Assembly (NCBI RefSeq): GCF_021028975.2
Contig: NC_059439.1
Coordinates: 30,504,001 to 30,568,000, forward strand
Direction of reading: 5' to 3'
Source of the DNA: Sphaerodactylus townsendi
Taxonomy: Eukaryota
DNA: 64,000 nucleotides
This document shows, piece by piece, positions 1 to 12,386 of the stretch. The translations under genes and the position numbers were made by a program. The stretch's first letter is position 1, and each line of letters starts with the position of its first letter. The notes under the pieces were generated by a model. That model ran no database searches. It worked only from the letters and a program-made list of their open reading frames with translations, and was not told where the DNA came from.

Positions 1-433
1 GCTCTGCAGGGCCTCTTCACCTTAAACAATATCCTTCCACCTCCACACCGGCTTTGTAACCCTGAAAACTCTTTTATGTACATCTCCTTTCTATTTATGT
101 TCATCTGTTTCGCTATCTTCTCTCACACCAAGTATCCATGGACTATTTTTTAAAAAATCAATTGTGAATTTTTCCTCACCTTTTTACACCCTCACCTCAA
201 ATATTCTTACACCCGTAGCCTTTTGCCAGTAAACTTGAAATGGAAGCTTTTTCAACCCTACTATATCCCTTTGTCTCTGCTTAACCACCTGCTGACCCAT
301 TATATTTGCACTTTCCACAACTATTTTGAACAGATATTTTATTATAACAACCTGCAGCGTCCGCTAGATGACTGACTACTGTTAAATAGTCCCTCGTATC
401 CTTCCACCTCTGTATAGTCCCTCAGTGGGGTAG

Positions 434-884
434 AATTATGCATGGGGTAGAAAATGTTGACAGAGAGAAATTTTTCTCTCTTTCTCACAATACTAGAATT
501 AGGGGGCCTACATTGAAAATGCTGGGGGGAAGAATTAGGACTAATAAAAGGAAACACTTCTTCACGCAGCGTGTGATAGGTGTTTGGAATATGCTGCCAC
601 AGGAGGTGGTGATGGCCACTCACCTGGATAGCTTTAAAAAGGGCTTGGACAGATTTATGGAGGAGAAGTCGATCTATGGCTACCAATCTTGATCCTCCTT
701 GATCTCAGATTGCAAATGCCTTAGCAGACCAGGTGCTCGGGAGCAGCAGCAGCCGCAGAAGGCCATTGCTTTCACATCCTGCATGTGAGCTCCCAAAGGC
801 ACCTGGTGGGCCACTGCGAGTAGCAGAGAGCTGGACTAGATGGACTCTGGTCTGATCCAGCAGGCTAGTTCTTATGTTCTTATG
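434..884 (+). mobile_element. CR1 LINE 3' fragment
   Basis: ORF2 C-terminus (...[21 protein letters not shown]...FKKGLDRFM) plus 3' UTR ending in (TTCTTATG)n. Confidence 0.85.
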
Positions 885-1375
885 TAGTGCCTCATCAATC
901 GATTCCTGTTTTGTCATTTCAAGCTATCCCATACAGAAACTGTTTTAAGAGAGCTACGATAAGTTACAAAAAGGAATTATTTTGTTCTCCCCTGGGTGCA
1001 CCTCAGTGGAGTTGTTGTTTGAGGAACAACTCGTTACAAGTGGTACTAAAGCTTATTGGAAGATGGCCACGGCCTATTTTTTTGTAGTCAGCTAAGGCCC
1101 GGTTCATACACACACTGAAGACTGAGGTTTTAGAAGGAACTGCAATTCTTAGAGTCCAGCTTTAAATTATTCCATTGCATTAAAAAAAAACCTTTGCAAA
1201 TAGAAAACCATCTCTGCACGAAAAGTGAGAGAATGTTTATTTATTTATTCTCTCGCCAATCCCCCAAAAGGGCTCGAGGCAGCTTACAAAATAATTAAAA
1301 CACAAATACAATAGTTTTTTAAAAATACAAAAATATAGAAACATTAGAACCACTTCAAACAAGATGGCTCTAGCA

Positions 1376-1886
1376 CAGTGGTGGTGAACCTATGGCACGG
1401 GTGGCAGAGGTGGCACTCAGAGCCCTCTCTGTGGGCACGTGCAAACAGAATGCCCCCCCCCCACACATCTAGGCTGGCCTGGGCCGCTGGGCTCGATTAT
1501 TAGCATTAAACCTAAGACCTAGTTTTGGGAAGCAGTGTAGGTAACCCTGTTAAGCACTGTTAAACCCCACTGATTTTCATGCGAAGAACTAAAGCGTGAT
1601 CCTTTATTTGGGAATAAGTTCGGTTGCTGGCAATGGGACTTGCTTCTGAGTAAACCCTCCTAGGGTTGTGATTCACCCGTTGGAAGAGTTGCACAGTTGC
1701 TTCAAAGCAAAGCCACCGACTACCACCAAGCTTACTCCTGAGTAACGCATGCCTCGGAGCCAACTGTTTTTTCTAAACTAAAACCTCAGTATTCAAGTTA
1801 AATTGCCATGTTGGCACTTTGTGATAAATAAGTGGGTTTTGGGTTGCAGTTTGGGCACTCGTTCTCGAAAAGGTTAGCTGTCACTG
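1376..1886. mobile_element. Non-autonomous hAT DNA transposon (~510 bp)
   Basis: CAGTG...CACTG termini and 8-bp TSD ctctagca. Confidence 0.85.
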
Positions 1887-2701
1887 CTCTAGCAGGTTTA
1901 TTTGCAAGGCTATATATTCGCAAGGATACACCACCTACGGTCTGGAGTGCTGCATTATTCCATTCTACCAAAAGATATGCTCTGTGGTATATGGTAGAGA
2001 CTAGGAAAAACTGAAGTTGTTGCTCCCCTAGTAGTGTCCCCAAACCTCCAGGAATTTACCAAGCCAAAATTGGCAACCACGGAGGTCTCTGTCAGGAGAA
2101 CTGAGAAAGATGTGACACCACACAGGAAGTATCTCACATTTAGGAGTGGAATCTTAATACTTGTGACTGCAGTAGCTGCTATGCAGGGCAACGCTAGCAT
2201 TGCCACCCCACCGATTTGTCCGAAGAAGTAGAGCACTTCCTCATTTCTGCCAGCTTCCAGCTGTCACAACATTTCAATCAATTCCTCCCTCTCTCTGCCC
2301 TTCTTTCCCTACTAGATCACTGCCTTGTATACGTACACAAGCCATTCTTTTTGCTGTCCTTAAAAACAAAAGCAAAGCATTGCTCAAAGGTAAGTTAAAT
2401 AATGCAGCCAAAAACAAACAAAAAAAAAAAACTAGACAAACTGAACACATTTCAGTATATTTTCTTTCTGCAAACTATTCCCTTTCTTTTAGTTACAAAG
2501 AGAATGACTAAGGACACTTCTGGGTATCAGAACTCTGCTTTTCCAAGCTTTCTAATATTTCAGCTTTTCAAGCCTGTTGTCACAGCAATGGGAACTAGAC
2601 CTTTTTCACTTCTGGGGACATTGAACGACGTCTGCATGTATGCATTTTATTTTAGATGCAGATTCCTTTCATCATCAATACTTGCCTGCTTCCTTCCTCA
2701 G

Positions 2702-5683
2702 ATCACCCAGCTGAAGATTGAGAGCAACCCTTTTGCCAAAGGCTTCCGAGAAAATGGGATGAACAGCAAAAGGTGAGCAGGGGAAAAGGAGACAGATGCT
2801 AATTCTGGGAGGGGCCATTGTAGTCTCCGTACTTGCTAGCATCAAATACATCCCACTGCTACTCTGGCCCTGCAAACGCTCAGGCTGGCTTGAATTAGGG
2901 TCTTTAAACCCTAATTTGCACCAATCAACAGGTTAGAACAGGGGTCTGCAACCTGTGGCTCTCCAGATGTTCATGGACTACAACTCCCATCAGCCCCTGC
3001 CAGCATAGCCAATTGGCCATGTTGGCAGGGGCTGATGGGAATTGTAGTTCATGAACAGCTGGAGAGCCACAGGTTGCAGACCCCTGGGTTAGAATAACCA
3101 CCAGCAGAGAAGAGGCAACGGGCTTTCTTCTTTAGACCAATTGTTCTGTAGGCCTAAAAAACCACCCAAAGCTTGAAGATAGTCTAAGTCTCTTCATAGC
3201 GCTTTTCCTCACCTTATGGTGCTTCTTCCATTCCAAAATACAGGGAGCGCGAGGCCAGAATCAAGAGGAAAATAAAGGCAAATGAATGCGAGACCGATGT
3301 GGGGGAAAGCGGTAAGAGAAACATGCCCCTTTTTCTGTCGCTTCCGTTTGTATCCTGAACTTTTCCATCGCCGCAAAGATCTCTCCAGAATTTAATTTGA
3401 GGATTTCTCCTGCAAACAACTCTGTGGACGTGGTTAACAATCCTCTGTGAAGCAACCCGACTTCCTTTATGGCATCCTATCCAAATGCTAACTGGGACCG
3501 ACCCTGCTTAGCGTACGAGATCCAAAAAGAACAGGCTAAGCGGGCCGTCCCAGACCATCCTTCCACATGTCCCCTTAAGTTTTGAACCCACTGAGTTATG
3601 AGCACCTTCCTTATGAGGAGAGGCTGCAGCGTTTGGGACTCTAGTTTGGAGAGGAGACGTCTGAGGGGGGATATGATTGAAGTCTATAAAATTATGCATG
3701 GGGTAGAAAATGTTGACAGAGAAATTTTTCTCTCTTTCTCACAATACTAGAACCAGGGGGCATACATTGAAAATGCTGGGGGGAAGAATTAGAACTAATA
3801 AAAGGAAACATTTCTTCACGCAACGTGTGATTGGTGTTTGGAATATGCTGCCACAGGAGGTAGTGATGGCCACTAACCTGGATAGCTTTAAAAGGGGCTT
3901 CGACAGATTTATGGAGGAGAAGTCGATTTATGGCTACCAATCTTGATCCTCTTTGATCTGAGATTGCAAAGGCCTTAACAGTCCAGGTGCTCGGGAGCAA
4001 CAGCCGCAGAAGGCCCTTGCTTTCACATCCTGCGTGTGAGCTCCCAAAGGCACCTGGTGGGCCACTGCGAGTAGCAGAGAGCTGGACTAGATGGACTCTG
4101 GTCTGATCCAGCTGGCTTGTTCTTATGTTCTTATGAGCTCTCCCTTAAGTATCATTTATGCTATGATTTTCACAATGGTCTTTTGCTTACTGTATCTCTG
4201 TGCAGCTCCCTCGTATTGTTTGTTTGGCTTCCTAAACTGCCCCTTTCCAATTATAACCTTTTTCCATATAGAGAGCAAGAAAGGCCCATGCGATTCCACC
4301 CTTACAGAGGAGATGCCTTTGGACCACCAGCAGCCACCGCCACCGCTACTTCCGCATCCTTCCTGCTCCTTCTATCCCACTGCAGGGACTAATCCCAGTG
4401 GGGCTGAGGCGTATGTGCAACACCCGGCCGCTTTCCATGGTTTGCAAGGAGCCCCATCACCCTACAGCAGGTGAGCTGTTACATCAGATTCCTCATCATT
4501 CATCAGTCCAATTATTATGGCAACCTCCCGTCTTCGTAAAATGAAGATTTTTGCAGCACTCTTGAGATTCAGATCATGTGTGATGAGATTTCATTAAGCC
4601 CTTCCCCCCTTCCCCCGCCCCATCTCTTGCCATTGGCTATTACCAGCAGTGTTGTATGGAACATTGGCGCAAGCTAAGAGCAATGTGTAAGTGTGACATG
4701 GAGGCAGAGGCGTAGCAAGGGGGGAAAGCGCCTGGTGCACGGGTGCGTCCTCTGCTCCTGCCCTGCCCCAGAATGCCCCTGTCCCACCGAGGAACACCCT
4801 CGCCACAGCCCCACAGGGGCGCACCTGGGGTGTCACGCCCCCCCCCATCCCCTTGGAGCTACGCCACTGAATAGAGATCAACAGAGAGGACTATCTGGCA
4901 ATGCATGAAACACACAGGGTTGTTAGCAGATAGGGGAAAACCAGTGGTTGTTAGCAGATAGGGGAAAACCAGAGAAATAATAAAGACCATCTTCAATAAA
5001 GCGCTTTCCTTTGCACGCCTCCAGACTAATGTTATTTCAGAGTGTAGCCAAGTTGGTCTGCAAGAGAACTGCTAGATTTGAGTCCAGTAGCACCTTAGAG
5101 ACCAACACGATGTTTGGAATATAGAAGAAGAAGAGTTTGGATTTATATCCCCCCTTTCTCTCCTGCAGGAGACTCAAAGGGGCTGACAATCTCTTTGCCC
5201 TTCCCCCCTCACAACAAACACCCTATGAGGTGGGTGGGGCTGAGAGAGCTCCAAAAAGCTGTGAGTGGGAGTGCGTGTGTGGGAGCGCACAAGCTAATCT
5301 GAATTCCCCAGACAAGCCTCCACAGCTCAAGCGGCAGAGCGGGGAATCAAACCTGGTTCCTCCAGATCAGAATGCACCTGCTCTTAACCACTACGCCACT
5401 GCTGCTCCTTGACTGTTTTTTTTTCCCCCACAGCCCAGGTCAAGAAATGACAGCTCCTCCACCTTCACCCACTGCCAAGTCACCTCTTGAGCCGTCAGAC
5501 TTCAGGGCGATGCTCCCGACAAGTTGGAACAGCTTGGATATAATTCCATTCCTGGGGGGGCCTGAACCACCAGATGCTTCTCCCTTCCCACCTTTCAAAT
5601 TCAGCTTCACGCCTTATCCCCCCACTGCTCGTGTGTATGGGCCTCCTACGAGTTACCCTGGCTCCCAGCCACCCATGCTCTAA
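2702..5683 (+). CDS. TBX6: T-box transcription factor TBX6, 3' part (last four coding exons; 5' exons lie upstream of the window)
   Basis: Exons 2702-2772 ([24 protein letters not shown], end of the T-box), 3244-3311 (EREARIKRK...), 4272-4470 (GPCDSTL...[13 protein letters not shown]) and 5434-5683 (...GSQPPML*). All are AG/GT flanked with compatible phases. The GPCDSTL and AEAY..HPAAFHG motifs match TBX6 as recalled, and the gene is convergent with PPP4C as in human. Confidence 0.93.
2939..3086. mobile_element. Palindromic ~140-bp hAT MITE
   Basis: Near-perfect foldback with 8-bp TSD ggttagaa. Other copies at 6062-6197, 7674-7808, ~11370-11503, ~17410-17555, 21286-21433, ~27037-27182, ~36511-36631, ~48595-48672 (deleted), ~50153-50281, ~50560-50708, 60194-60341 and ~61454-61530. 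Confidence 0.85.
3599..4135 (+). mobile_element. CR1 LINE 3' fragment, same family as 434-884; 3'-UTR-only pieces at ~20148-20326 (+), ~31140-31360 (-) and ~58180-58295 (-)
   Basis: [10 protein letters not shown]...[12 protein letters not shown]2 end, near-identical to the 434-884 copy, with the same tail. Confidence 0.85.
5123..5408 (-). mobile_element. tRNA-derived SINE (Squam3-like)
   Basis: tRNA-like head (gcagtggcgtagtggttaagagc...ggtttgattcccc) and (TTC)n tail. Other copies at approximately 12669-12958(-), 17808-18105(+), 18968-19258(+), 24230-25062(+), 25686-25957(+), 34474-34746(-), 37325-37626(-), 46582-46885(+), 56905-57200(-), 59786-60072(-), 61306-61673(-). Confidence 0.8.
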
Positions 5684-6740
5684 CCCCTATTTCTCCCACA
5701 ATACCCAAAATCCTGGCTCCTAGCTCTTCTATGTATGTTTGGGGGTGGTTGTTTTGCTTCCCGTCTTGTTATTTCTTTGGGAAGAGGCAGTGGTAAACTT
5801 GTGTGTATCCTTCATTTTAAAATGAAATCCTAAGACTGCAACATACAGTTCACGCGTCTTCTTCCGAGGGCTTTTGTAAAGCAAAATACCCAAGTTTCAT
5901 CAAGGGGTTACTCTCTCATTTGTTTTTCTATAGGGGGGAGAACTATGAGGATATAGGGGCTATAGGGGGGAGAACTATGGGGATATAGGGGCTATTCCAA
6001 GTAGTTTCTCTCTTCATTTAGCATGCCTCCTCAAGATAGAAATAGGAACTATAGGCTATAGCCATGGTGGTGAACCTTTGGCACTCCAGCTGTTATGAAC
6101 TACAATTCCCATCAGCCCCTGCTAGCATGGCCAATTGGCCATGCTGGCAGGGGCTGTAGTCCATAACAGCTGGAGTGCCAAAGGTTCGCCATCACTGGGC
6201 TATAGGAACTATAGGGGGGAGAACTATGGGGATATAGGGGCTATTCCAAGTAGTTTCTCTCTTCATTTAGCATGCCTCCTCAAGATAGAAATACATCAGG
6301 GCGGGACTTCTTAGTTACAACAGCATTTGTACAGCACAACATTTTGAAACCAGCAGAATTAACAGTGATGAGACAGAAACATGCCTTTAAGCAGCAGTAG
6401 CACCAATATCTAGGAGCTTTTTTTAAAAAAACAGAGATTACACGTAAGATTCTCACATATTAGGTTATGTTCCACAGCAGACAGATTCCATCTGCTATGA
6501 AGATTTCCATGCCTCTCGCCTTTTGCTGGTTAGGAGATTACCCTGGGCAGAAACTCTTGCTTTATTATACATTATAGAGAATCCTCTCTTTGCTGTAGAA
6601 CCCAAGCTGGTTAGGAGAATAACGGAAGGGTGATGCTTATTAGATATTTTTGCTCACCATCTTGCGGCTTTCAACATACTTCAAAAACTATTTGGAAAAA
6701 CAAAACATGCAGAGTACACGAGGTCAATTTTTTTCTTAGT

Positions 6741-6746
6741 TTTATT
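6741..6746 (-). terminator. Candidate PPP4C polyadenylation signal (AATAAA); a proximal one lies at ~8107-8112
   Basis: tttatt on the + strand, downstream of the PPP4C stop on the - strand. Confidence 0.5.
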
Positions 6747-8256
6747 AGAATTTTTTATCTAAAAAGTTGTAAATAGGAAAAAAACTCAAATGAAAATAAA
6801 ATAAAATTAGAGCAAGAGAGATCATGGGAGATGGAAGGGAGGCCCCTCCTGGATTTAGGGAAAGGGGCAGGAATCCCCCCCCCCCCTCTTCTAACTCTAA
6901 ACAGATATCTGGACAGAGAATACTCTTTCAAAGGAACAAAGGGAAGGGTGGGGAATTTTGACCCTGGGGGTAGATAGGATTTGGATACACCATCCCCACG
7001 GGGGCAGAAGATCTGGTGTATGTGTGTGGGGGGGAGAATAAAACTACACCCCATTGGTCAATTTGTTCAGCATGATGTGGTCCCAGTCTCCCCACCCAGG
7101 GAGAAGGGGGAGGCAGGAAAGGAGGGGAGACAGGATATAGATCAGTTGTTAAAAGTTTAATAAATCCATTACTAGACCTGAATGGATCCCAATAGACACT
7201 TGGAACCTCCAATGACCAGAAAGTCTACCACTGTGTGCAACTTCTAGCATAATAAACTGGGGCCAGTTTAATTTGACACTGCCCAGATAAAAGGTGTTTT
7301 TTAAGAGGTTGTAGCACCTTTAAAAAGAAGAACGAAGCCTGGCCAATCTATTCCACGTAGCTTAAACAGACACGTGCACTGAAGTGCTGAGAAACCAGTG
7401 TTCTGGGTCTTCCAGTAGTCAGACTGAGCTAGGTTTGAAGCACTTTCGGTTTGCTGCTTTAAAGATATTAGAATGGCACCCAATCCACAGAGTTCCATGG
7501 TCAACTGATCAGAAAGGCTGCTTCCTGCTTTCTCTCAAAGAGACAGGACTAGCCTAGAGACTTTCCCCTCCCAGGGGATTTTTGTGTGTTTTTTGGCCAC
7601 TGGATTGGGGTCGGGGGTGCTATTTAAATTCTGCTCTTTCTTTCCCCACAAATAGTTTCCAATACTTTTAGAGCACAGGTGTCAAACTCGCGGCCCTCCA
7701 GATGTTGTGGACTACAGTTCCCATCATCCCCTGCCAGCATGATGCTGGCAGGGGATGATGGGAACTGTAGTCCACAGCATCTGGAGGGCCGTGAGTTTGA
7801 TACCTATGTTTTAGAGAGTAGAGAAGCACTACATCTAGGTCAGACAGCTTGAGAAGGAAGCCAATCCACTGCTCCTCTGGAACCAGAGAACGCTGGATCT
7901 CCTGTTTTTTTTGCATTTCTAGGTTCATCCTTTTGCACAGAGTGATCTGGGTTTCTCCAGTAATCAGACATCCCAAGCAGCATTTCAGGTGGGGAATAAA
8001 CATTACGGCAGCCTTGAAAAGACCACAAAAGGTAGGAGAGACTGGCGGGGATACAATAATGTGGAAAAATATACCCAATTCAGACTAAGGAGTCCAGAAC
8101 TGAGGATTTATTGGGCATGGGGGGGGGGGGTTGGGGGGGGGAGAGACCAGAAAGAGGGAGACCTGAACCCTGCCAGATTTTGGGGGGGGGGGGGGGGGCT
8201 GCCCACCCCAACCACAATAGAAAACAGAAACCGCACAACAGAGACAGGTGGAGCAA

Positions 8257-11200
8257 TCACAGGAAGTAGTCCGCAACAGGCTTCTTAGATGGGATGCCTC
8301 GAGTTTCTTGAGGGGCTGCTTCAAAGATGATAAATTCCTTCTGAAGGTGTTCGTCTAGTTCCAGTATGGCTGCCACATTCCCACAGCTATGTGTGGAAGA
8401 AATGATACGGGTCAAAATGGGGTGACTCTGAACACTAACCCCCCCCCCCCCTATGTATCTGCTAACACATCTTACGGGGCACTATTTTGCCCGGGCCCCA
8501 AGATTCCTTCTAAGCAACTCAAAGCAATATGCAGACCTAGACCTGCCCTCAACATCTCTCCAGCATTTCTACATACATCCTTCCATGCCCTCACCGGTAG
8601 CAGTAGTTGGGCGCTGACCAAACTGTGAGAACTGTCTCATTGAAGTGCCACTTATATCCCTCCATGACCAGCTGGTGCGCCCGGCAAATCATGTCAATGT
8701 CATTTGCTGCGTTGAACTGCGCAACCACATCGCTGCCAAACAAGTAGCCAGCCCCTCGAGGGCTCACCCCCCATCCTGTGGTGTCTGCAAAAGAAATAAG
8801 GCAGAATTTATGGTAGATAAAAGGCGAAGGTTATTGTATAAAATAATGATAAGAGCTGCACATGCAGTTATTGCGTTGGGACGGAAAGACAAGAAAATAT
8901 GGACAACACAGAAATGGTTAGAATACGTTTGGGAACAAGTACAGCTAGAAATTTTTGAAATAATGTCTAGAAACCAACTATGGCAAGACAGACAGACTGA
9001 GATGATGAAGATATGGACTGGCTTTGCGGACTGGATGAAAGAAATCAGAGTCACAGAAGAAATCGGAGTCACAGAAAGGATGAACCTGTTGCTGCTTACT
9101 TAAGAAATGAAGAAGAAACAATGCGGGAGGGAGGGGGAAATGTATAGGTTGGATAAAATATAAAGTTTTGTATATGTATGCATGTACCCGGTCAGAATAT
9201 ACCAATAAAAAATAAAATAAAAAAATAATTTTAAAAGGCAGAATTTATTACCGTGAAGGAATAAAGCATCAGACAAAATCAAGAGGAAAAACCACCAAGC
9301 GTGAAAAAAAATTACAGTGGCAAAATAAACCAGGGGTTGGCAAGGATTGTCAAGGTGGTATGAGCTAGACAGGTAGCATTCTATAGAACGCCGCTCTCCC
9401 AACCCAGCCAAACCCAAAACAAAAGGACTACGCTGCACGTGTCTATTCTGCAAAGTTATCACCAGCGCAAACGGAAAAGGGGCTGAGGTCAGCAAAGAAC
9501 ACTGATTTTCTTCAGAAGCGTCCAGATGAACTAAAAAAAATGCTCTTTTATCAAAGTAGCAGGCTTAAGAGTGCACAGAATAAAGGTTTTTACATAAGCG
9601 GCACTTAAAATAGCTTTTCAAATGCCAACGGAGAATCTGGACTGGTGGGGAGGAGGGAATAAACAGGGCAGGCACTAGGACACAGCAGACCATTCGACTG
9701 CCCAGAAGGTCCAGGAAGTGGCTATGGATTCATTACATATTGAGGTTCTTTCTTTCTGTGAGGCCAGGTATAGCCTGACACTCTTGACACTCTCATTATC
9801 TATTAAGACACCATAACCTAGAATTCAACATCGCCTCATTAAATATAACCACCATAATTATTACCTCCTTGGCTCAGTATAGAGAACAAGTGATTCACAG
9901 GGTGAGGCCAAAATAGTTAGAAGCCTCAAACCAACAGCCATTCTTCCTTAGGGCCCCAGTACGCTTTTACACCAGCAGAAAAAAGAGATTTCGTTCTATT
10001 AACGTTTTAAAGACCCCTGAACTCCGTTCCTCTCCCTACCAGAACCTCCCTTGCTAATCGCTTTTACAAAACAAAAACCTTCCGTGTGGCTAATGCTCTT
10101 GAGAAATAAACAGAGACCCACCCACCCCCACCTCACCCACAGTTATACCTTCAGGGTCAGACCAGAGAAGGTCACACATGGGGCCATCGTGAGGAACTTC
10201 CTGTTTGCGGTCTATCGTCCTGATCTGGTCCAGCGTCTGGATGGAGGGCGAGAGACCACCGTGGACACAGAAAATCTGGAGAGTGGGAAAGAAACGTTAT
10301 CCATGGCAAATAGTCAGTGCACTAGCCAGGTCGAAACATAAGGTAGTGACACTCAGTTCACAGCTTGCAGAGTCAAATTCACAGGCTCATTCCGCACATG
10401 CAGAATAATGCACTTTCAAACTGCTTTCAGTGCTCTTTGAAGCTGTGCGGAATGGCAAAAGCCACTTGCAAACAGTTGTGAAAGTGGTTATTTTGCATGT
10501 GCGGAAGGGGCCACAGTTGCATGTGCGGAAGGGGCCACAGTTACTTCCATCCCTGGTCTGAGGTCTACACCTCAGGGAGGCACAGAGCTTCCCCATTCCT
10601 CTGGCAGTGTCTGTTTCAAGGCAGAAATCATCCGCCAATCACAAGCCCCACCAGGCCAGAGCCACGCCCAGTCTCATGAAACATGGGGCATGTACCACAT
10701 TAGGGAACAGTGCTCAGAAGAGTCACGTGTGGTACAGTGAAGATCCACTAACAATGGATGCCACGAGGCCCCAATTTCTCCTTCCCACCACCACACTTAA
10801 CGACACTGATAAATTAGATACCGTTCCTTTTTATTCTAAAAGCTGAGCTCAGATTTGGTTCCAGGAAATCGAATGGCCCGGATTCACATCCCTCACCTTG
10901 CCATCAATGATTGCAGAGAGGCTGAGGTAGTCAAAGATCTCAGTGCAGTACCGCCATACAGTAACAGAGCCATATTTCCTCAGGCATTCGTCATAAAACC
11001 CATACACCTGGGTGATCTGTCTGCTCTCGTGGTTGCCGCGGATCAGGGTGATCCGATCAGGGTAGCGGACCTGTAGAAAGCATGGGATCGAGCCAGGTTA
11101 GAGCAGAGAAATGGGGAACAGAATAATAGAATCATAGAGTTGGAAGAGACCCCAAAGGCCAACTACACTACGCTTGCAAACACATCTGGAATTCCAAGAC

Positions 11201-12386
11201 AGCATGGTGGGTGCAGGAATGAAATAGATGCTGCAGGAGGTTCAACCAGCCACAAAATGATTGCCACACATTAACTTCAGTAACACAGCGTAGATCCTTG
11301 TTCTGTGGTGGCAGCTGTGACTAACAAACATTTTTTTTACATCATAGAGTTGGAAGAGACCCCAAAGGCCATAGGTGTCAAACTCGCGGCCCTCCAGATG
11401 CTGTGGACTACAATTCCCATCATCCCCTGCCAGCATCATGCTGGCAGAGGGTGATGGGAACTGTAGTCCATAACATCTGGTGGGCCGTGAGTTTGACACC
11501 TGTGCCAAGGGCCATCAAGTCCACCCCCCTGCAATGCAGGAACACACAATCAAAGCACTCCCGCCAGATGGCCATCCAGCCTCTCTTTAAAAACCTCCAA
11601 AGAAGGAGACCCCGAGGCGGTGCAGTGTTAAGCTTCCAGCAGGATCCAGGACTTTATACAGGTTAAAGCAAACAAAATAGGAAGTCAGGATTTGGGGGGT
11701 TTCTTGGGGAGGTTCTCCAACCTTGAGGGCCAGCAGCAGCAAGAATGTTTCAACACTGTAGAAGCCACGGTCGACAAAGTCTCCCATGAAGAGATAGTTG
11801 GTCTCAGGCACATCACCACCCACCTGTGGAAGGAAGAGAAGCATCAGGTAAAGAGTTTGCCAACAAGGGCCTTAAAACTGCAGAAGGGTGCCCTAAAACG
11901 GAGCAGGAACTCACCCTGAAAAGTTCTTTAAGGTCATAGAATTGGCCATGGATATCTCCACAGACCTAAAAAGGAAGAAGAATCGGATATTGGGAAGGAT
12001 ACACCTCCTATCTCAGAATCATAGAAGTTGGAAGAGACCCCAAGGGCCACCAGGTCCAACCCCCTGCCACGCAGACCTAAACCCTCCATAAACATTGCCA
12101 AACTATTTCACAAAACTCACTCACCGTTACTGGAGAGTCTACTCTCTGGACGTTGCTTTCCTCCACCAAGATCTCTCTGTTAAGAAAGGGACAGAGACGT
12201 GTTACCTCCAGACACTCCATATCACCATCGGCTACATCTTGCACCCCTGAAATCACCATTCCCCCTGGACATACTTGCCAGCTCTCACCTGGCCTTGGCA
12301 CAGAGGGCTTTGACCTCGCTCTCTTTGATGAGCTCACAGCGCCGTAGTTGTTCAATCTGGCGGTCAAGGTCGCTGATTTCGGCCAT
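8257..12386 (-). CDS. PPP4C: Serine/threonine-protein phosphatase 4 catalytic subunit
   Basis: Coding exons 12386-12289, 12176-12125, 11965-11915, 11823-11722, 11070-10897, 10275-10149, 8784-8595, 8386-8257 total 924 nt (307 aa). Translation runs [18 protein letters not shown]...GDIHG...GDFVDRG...RGNHE...PVADYFL*, with canonical splice sites throughout. Confidence 0.98.
8812..9234 (+). mobile_element. 5'-truncated L1-type LINE insertion in PPP4C intron
   Basis: Trp-rich L1-like ORF2 C-terminus (...AAHAVIAL...W..QKWLEYVW...[10 protein letters not shown]), A-rich tail, and a 14-bp TSD aaggcagaatttat at 8798-8811 and 9235-9248. Confidence 0.75.

Noticed and set aside
1-430. Possible old LINE fragment or upstream TBX6 exon
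   Set aside because: No T-box sequence and no clear diagnostic motif; it is too degenerate to classify.
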